A stretch of 64,000 nt of DNA, taken from positions 288,001-352,000 of the forward strand of contig CBDCTZ010000008.1 in assembly GCA_965222375.1 (NCBI GenBank), read 5' to 3'. The notes beneath the pieces are model-generated. The model had not been told where the DNA came from, did not search any database, and was given only the letters and a program-made list of their open reading frames with translations. Each line of letters starts with the position of its first letter. The stretch's first letter is position 1. Made by a program: the position numbers and the translations under genes. Positions 59,557 to 64,000 of the stretch are shown piece after piece. The stretch comes from Polyangiaceae bacterium. Lineage in GTDB: Bacteria; Myxococcota_A; Polyangia; Polyangiales; Polyangiaceae.

Positions 59557-61455
59557 TCACTTCTTGATCGTCGGCGGCGGTAGGGGGTCCGGCGGTGGCG
59601 GTGGCGGTGGCGGTGGTGGTGGCGGTTTGATTGTCGGCGGAGGCGGCGGATCCGGGGGCGGCAGCGCAATGACTCCTCCGTCGGGCTCAGGATCCGGTGG
59701 CGGCTCAGCAAAGCCCGACCCCCCGCTGCCGTTGTCTTCGACCTGGAGCGGCTGCCCCGCGTCGTCCTCCTGCAGATTGGGCGCCGGCAGCGGGTCTGGG
59801 GGCGGCGGCATCAGGGGATCGCAAGCCAAAGGTGACAACGCGATGGCAGCAGCCGCAGCGGCCGTCCAACGGGGCACGGGGCGTAGGCGCACCGTGCCTC
59901 GGGCGGCGTCGAGCATCGCGCGACTCGCCTCCGCCACCTGAGCTTCGAGGGACGCATTGGCGCGGGTCACATCTTCGGTCAGAAGCTCGGTGAATTCCTC
60001 GAGGGCGCCTGGGTTCTCCGAACGCTCCGTGGCCGCAAACTCGACGACCTCGCGCATGCGTGCGACGGAGTCGCGATTGACTCGTCGACACACGGAGGTT
60101 GCGAGGTCTCGCAAGCTCGGCGTCAGAGCCCGGGGATAGAACTGCTTGAGGAGGTACAGGTAGTAACCCAGGGACAAATTGGAATTCATCAAGCCATCGC
60201 AGCGGAAGTTCCGATCCAGGAAGGCTTTGGAAAAGACTCGAAATGCCCGCTCCGCTGCGGGCTCGCTGATCGAGTAGTCCCACCCGAAGACATCGCCGCG
60301 CAGGCGCTCTTCGCGGTCGAGTTTCTTGAACAAAGGCGTACCCGGATAGATCTCCGTGCGGCAGAAGTTCATGGGAACGTCGGCATTGCGGTCCAAGAAA
60401 TCCAGGCTCTGCCGCAAGGAATGCAGCCGGGTCTCTGGGTCGAAGATCAACATGTTGAAACAGGCGTAGACGTCGCGCTGACGCAAGAACTCCAAGGCGC
60501 GCCGGTTTGCCTGGATGTCCACGCCGCGACCCAGGGTCTTGAGCCCTTGGCTGCTGCCCGCTTCGATACCGATGTAGACGCGCAGCAGTCCGATTTGCTT
60601 GAGGACCCGAAAAACATCCGGATCCAAGTCATCGGGCCGAGCCTTGAGCACCAGGGATACGTCCGTCACCCCACGCTCTTCAAAGGCGTCCCGAAGCGCA
60701 GTGACCCGCGCCAGATCTCGCGCTGGATCTCGGGTGAAGAAGTCATCGTCGTGGAAGACGAGCATGCGCGCACCGCGGGTGCGGCGAAGCTCCGCCACCT
60801 CATCAGCGATGTTGCCGGCACTACGCTCGCGGTACAGGTTGCCGCCGGCGTCTTTGATGTACGCGTGGATGCAACAAAACGTGCAGTGCCCATAGCAACC
60901 GCGGCTGCCCACCAAGAACGCAGCCGGGATCCCCATATGCAATTGAGGCGGACCAACCCGCTTCGGAAAAGCTATCGCATCCACGTCAGAAATCAGCGGC
61001 CGGGTGGGCGCCACCGCGAGACTGCCATCGGCGCGACGCGAGACCACGCCGGGGATCCCTTCCAAGGACTCGTGCGCCGAAAGCGCAGCGCACAATTCGA
61101 CCAGGGTTTGCTCGCCCTCGTGACGCACCACACTATCGATGGCGGGGTAGCGCTCGAGGACCTCTCGGAATGCAAAGGTCGGAAAGTGCCCACCAACCGT
61201 GATGTGCCCGCGATGCCCCGCCCGCCGGATCGCCGTGGACAGCCTTCCGAACTCGTCCGCCCGGCGCTGGAAGGTCATGGATAGACCGACGAGCTCCGGC
61301 GCACTCCGGGCAACCTCCGCGAGCACGTTTCGTGTGTCATCTTCGCCAGAAAAAGGCGCCAAGGTCACCTCGTGCCCTGTGGCCTCCAGAGCCGCTGCCA
61401 GGTAGCGGATCGCAAGATTCTCCTCGAGCTCTGAACCGATCAAAACGGCACGCAT
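59557..61455 (-). CDS. Cobalamin-binding radical SAM protein with fused lipoprotein-like, Pro/Asp-repeat C-terminal tail
   Basis: N-terminal B12-binding domain (LVGLS..., TVGGHFPT, EGE); SRGCYGHCTFC; DDDF; GIEAG; AGGAGG RBS. Confidence 0.9.
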   Translation of the reverse strand: MRAVLIGSELEENLAIRYLAAALEATGHEVTLAPFSGEDDTRNVLAEVARSAPELVGLSMTFQRRADEFGRLSTAIRRAGHRGHITVGGHFPTFAFREVLERYPAIDSVVRHEGEQTLVELCAALSAHESLEGIPGVVSRRADGSLAVAPTRPLISDVDAIAFPKRVGPPQLHMGIPAAFLVGSRGCYGHCTFCCIHAYIKDAGGNLYRERSAGNIADEVAELRRTRGARMLVFHDDDFFTRDPARDLARVTALRDAFEERGVTDVSLVLKARPDDLDPDVFRVLKQIGLLRVYIGIEAGSSQGLKTLGRGVDIQANRRALEFLRQRDVYACFNMLIFDPETRLHSLRQSLDFLDRNADVPMNFCRTEIYPGTPLFKKLDREERLRGDVFGWDYSISEPAAERAFRVFSKAFLDRNFRCDGLMNSNLSLGYYLYLLKQFYPRALTPSLRDLATSVCRRVNRDSVARMREVVEFAATERSENPGALEEFTELLTEDVTRANASLEAQVAEASRAMLDAARGTVRLRPVPRWTAAAAAAIALSPLACDPLMPPPPDPLPAPNLQEDDAGQPLQVEDNGSGGSGFAEPPPDPEPDGGVIALPPPDPPPPPTIKPPPPPPPPPPPPDPLPPPTIKK

Positions 61456-61478
61456 AGCGCATCCCTCCTAGTGCGCCC

Positions 61479-61503
61479 CGACTGTGCACGACTTGGGCCG
61501 ACT
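61479..61503. promoter_or_regulatory. Three CGACT direct repeats at exact 10-bp spacing upstream of the radical SAM gene
   Basis: CGACT begins at 61479, 61489 and 61499. Confidence 0.4.
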
Positions 61504-61583
61504 TGGAATGCAGGCATAACGGTGGGGCCTTTGCGCAGCCGTTGCGGCGTGAGGTTTTGGCGCGGCACCCTCTGCGCGGCGCG

Positions 61584-62843
61584 TCATCCCTGGGGACGCA
61601 ACTTCGCGAGCATGGGGCCGACTTCCTTCTTGATCTCGGCGTCCTTCTCCGAGCCCAGAGCGGTGCCAGCCGAGAACAGAGCGAAGCTGACGTATTCGTG
61701 GAGCATCTGCTTCAGGATGTTTTCCGGATCCGCTCCCGAGGCGACGATCGTCGAGTTTTCCGCTACGCCCTGAGGGTCGAGCACGCCGTGTTCATCAGGC
61801 CCAGCGCCGCGGAAGAGAATGTCGTACACACCTGCGCCGACCGCGAAGGACGCCAGGCTCTGCCGCAACGCGTCCCCTTTGTCGGCCTTGTCGGCGTAGT
61901 CGTGGATCACCCGCAGTGCGCCGTTGGCGAAGGTGACCAGCCCGGTTGGCCCTCCCGAGATACGAGGGGGATGTACTGCGATATGTTTGGATTGAACCAG
62001 GGCGTACAGCTCTTTGGTGATACCGAAGTCGCCTTTGCCGGTGACGCGACCGATCTCCTCCACGGAGGCTTTGCCGTCGATGGCATCCCAGGTCGGCAGG
62101 TACTCGTCGCCCGGCGGCGACTTCTCTTCGTTGCGCACTGGCACGTAGTCCAAGCCGGGAACTTTCTGGTTGAAGTAACGCATTTCGTCCATGCGCGTCA
62201 CTCCGTCCATCAGGAGCGTATTGGTGCTCACCGTGTGTCGCGACACAAGGCGCTCTTCATCGAAATCGTCCAAGAAGAAGAAGGCGCCGTCCGCAACTGT
62301 AAGGGTGGCGCAAAAGACTTCCTCTACTTGCTTGCCGATGTACTCGTAGAGCTTTTCATGACTGAGGGCTCCAACTTCCGCGGCGGCTTCTCCGAAGCGC
62401 ATTCCCCATTCCATCTTCTCGACGATTTCCTCGAGCTGCGCCTTGGTCAGAGCTCCAAAACGATACAGCACCATGCCAAGCCGCTCGTCTTCGGCGTTGG
62501 TCTGAACGCCGACAACATTGCCTTGCTCGAAGAAGATTGATCGGGTGACCTCTGCCTCGGAGACCACCAGCTCACCTCGCCAGCCTGCTTGAGCTACTAA
62601 CGCAACGACGTCGCAAGTCGCCCCGGGAGTCGTGATTTCTCCTGCGATGCGAACAACCGCGCCATCCCCTTCGTCACGCTGACCGTCCTCGCCGGTGTAG
62701 CGCATGAACACGACATGTTTCGGGGCGGGGAGCAGCCGGAACGCGCCAGAGCGCTGTCGCATCCACTGGCTGGCCGCGGTGCCGATCGGGTGGGCGACAC
62801 CAGTGCCGTCGATTCGAACCAGTTCGTCGCGGAAGCTTCTCAT
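61584..62843 (-). CDS. DUF4388-like (PatA N-terminal-like) domain protein
   Basis: GEL...RSIFFEQGNVV...RLGMVL...G.FFF...LLMDG...DE pattern plus a wHTH-like IDGKASVEEI segment. Confidence 0.75.
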   Translation of the reverse strand: MRSFRDELVRIDGTGVAHPIGTAASQWMRQRSGAFRLLPAPKHVVFMRYTGEDGQRDEGDGAVVRIAGEITTPGATCDVVALVAQAGWRGELVVSEAEVTRSIFFEQGNVVGVQTNAEDERLGMVLYRFGALTKAQLEEIVEKMEWGMRFGEAAAEVGALSHEKLYEYIGKQVEEVFCATLTVADGAFFFLDDFDEERLVSRHTVSTNTLLMDGVTRMDEMRYFNQKVPGLDYVPVRNEEKSPPGDEYLPTWDAIDGKASVEEIGRVTGKGDFGITKELYALVQSKHIAVHPPRISGGPTGLVTFANGALRVIHDYADKADKGDALRQSLASFAVGAGVYDILFRGAGPDEHGVLDPQGVAENSTIVASGADPENILKQMLHEYVSFALFSAGTALGSEKDAEIKKEVGPMLAKLRPQG

Positions 62844-62986
62844 GGACGTTCGACCATTATCGCAGAGGGCTGTGGGAATTGCCGCATGGGAAATGACGCT
62901 GGGGTTAGTCAGGAAATCATCAGCTGAAGCGCCCCCAAAGGGCAAGGTCTGCGAGATTTGCCGAGGTGGCGTCGGGTAGCGGTCCC

Positions 62987-64000
62987 TCAGCGCAGTTCAG
63001 CGACAGAATCCCCAAACACCCGCTCGAGGCCAGAGAGTACCTGATCCGTGGGCGTCACCCGGGTCTCGTCGAGAGCCAGCACCGCCTCAGCGCCGTCAGG
63101 GAGAGCCAGCACCAGCTCTACGGGACATGGCCCAGGGGAAGCCTGGAGCACACCGCGCAGCCTCTCCAGCTGGTCCGGTTGGGTTTGGGAGGCATCCAGG
63201 TGAATGGATAGGGATCGCGTCGCCTTGAGAACCGCGTCGCTCAAAGGCTCGACCGCGTCGACGAATAGCGTGGGTTCCCGATCATCGTCCGGTTCATCGG
63301 TGACCGGGAAGCTCACTTTTCCGGTCACCAGAACGGGCTCGCCGTCCGCGAGCAACTGCCCATAGAGCTCGATGCGATCTCCGCGCAGCTTTGCCGAGAC
63401 CCGACCCGAAGTGTCCTCGAGTTCGAAGAACGCCACCTTGCCGCCGGAACCGCCCTTGAAGATCCGCTCCCGATAGCCCTCGACCATGCCCGCAACGCTC
63501 ACGGTACTCCAGGGCTGCTCACCGGCCACCTCGTTGGCTTTGGTCGCGCCGACCCGCCCAAGCTTGTTGCCGTAGCGAAACAGCGGGTGGCCGGTAACGT
63601 AGCAGCCCAAGGCTTGCTTCTCACGCCGCAAGAGTTCCATCTTGTCCCACTCTTCAGCAGTCGGATACTCGGCCTCACCCGGAGTGGACGACGCGTCACC
63701 GTCGGCAGCTTGAAACAAGCCGAAGAGGGTCGTCTGCCCGCGTTCCCGATCGCGGCTGGTGCTGCGGGATCGCTCCAAAGCGCGTTCCACCGCCGAAAAG
63801 GCACGTGCGCGACTAATCCCGACCGAAATCAACGCGGCATCGAAGGCGCCACAGATGACCAGCGCCTCCAACACGCCGCGATTGAGTCGCTTGGCATCCA
63901 CCCGAGAGGCGAAGTCGAACAGATCCCGAAACTCGCCCCCCGCTTCCCGCGCCTCGAACACCGTTTCCAGAGCGCTCTGACCCAACCCACGCACCGCACC
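62987..64000 (-). CDS. dnaE: DNA polymerase III alpha subunit, C-terminal part (runs off the right edge)
   Basis: GLG...FRDLFDF..RVD..LN..VLEAL..GAFD, EKQALGCYVTGHPL, OB fold with LED. Confidence 0.93.
   Translation of the reverse strand, partial: GAVRGLGQSALETVFEAREAGGEFRDLFDFASRVDAKRLNRGVLEALVICGAFDAALISVGISRARAFSAVERALERSRSTSRDRERGQTTLFGLFQAADGDASSTPGEAEYPTAEEWDKMELLRREKQALGCYVTGHPLFRYGNKLGRVGATKANEVAGEQPWSTVSVAGMVEGYRERIFKGGSGGKVAFFELEDTSGRVSAKLRGDRIELYGQLLADGEPVLVTGKVSFPVTDEPDDDREPTLFVDAVEPLSDAVLKATRSLSIHLDASQTQPDQLERLRGVLQASPGPCPVELVLALPDGAEAVLALDETRVTPTDQVLSGLERVFGDSVAELR

Noticed and set aside
59570..59660. GGC/GGT triplet run as a microsatellite or CRISPR-like array
   Set aside because: It encodes the poly-Pro tail of the radical SAM protein. 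No repeat-spacer structure or cas genes occur in the window.

Overview
GC-rich bacterial chromosome segment, most likely myxobacterial (Polyangiaceae-like). The evidence is tandem Ser/Thr kinases, Gly-linker lipoproteins, vWA/AgmX-type proteins, a DUF4388-like protein and a fused ccoNO gene. About 50 CDSs can be supported, mostly metabolic or housekeeping: sirtuin, MATE, HelD-like helicase, nucleoside transporter, aldehyde and acyl-CoA dehydrogenases, OPT, RluA, glutamine synthetase-like enzyme, glycerate kinase, CDF and the 3' part of dnaE. Also present are tRNA-Gly(CCC), tRNA-Lys(TTT) and a microoxic cluster (cbb3 oxidase ccoNO-Q-P-G-H-I-S, three USPs, hemerythrin, P-type ATPase, NtrC-type activator) with several sigma-54 -24/-12 promoters visible in the sequence. 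There is no CRISPR array, integrase or transposase. The most unusual element is a cobalamin-dependent radical SAM gene (59557-61455, -) fused in frame to a lipoprotein-like signal (lipobox LAC) and an 88-aa tail with four PPPDP repeats, a candidate self-modifying, RiPP-like enzyme-substrate fusion. Other oddities are a frameshifted, decaying Zn-ADH, an SGNH-hydrolase fragment, a duplicated tRNA-Lys 3' end, two intergenic inverted-repeat elements and an RD/non-RD kinase paralog pair. Family assignments come from motif recognition by eye, not from database searches.
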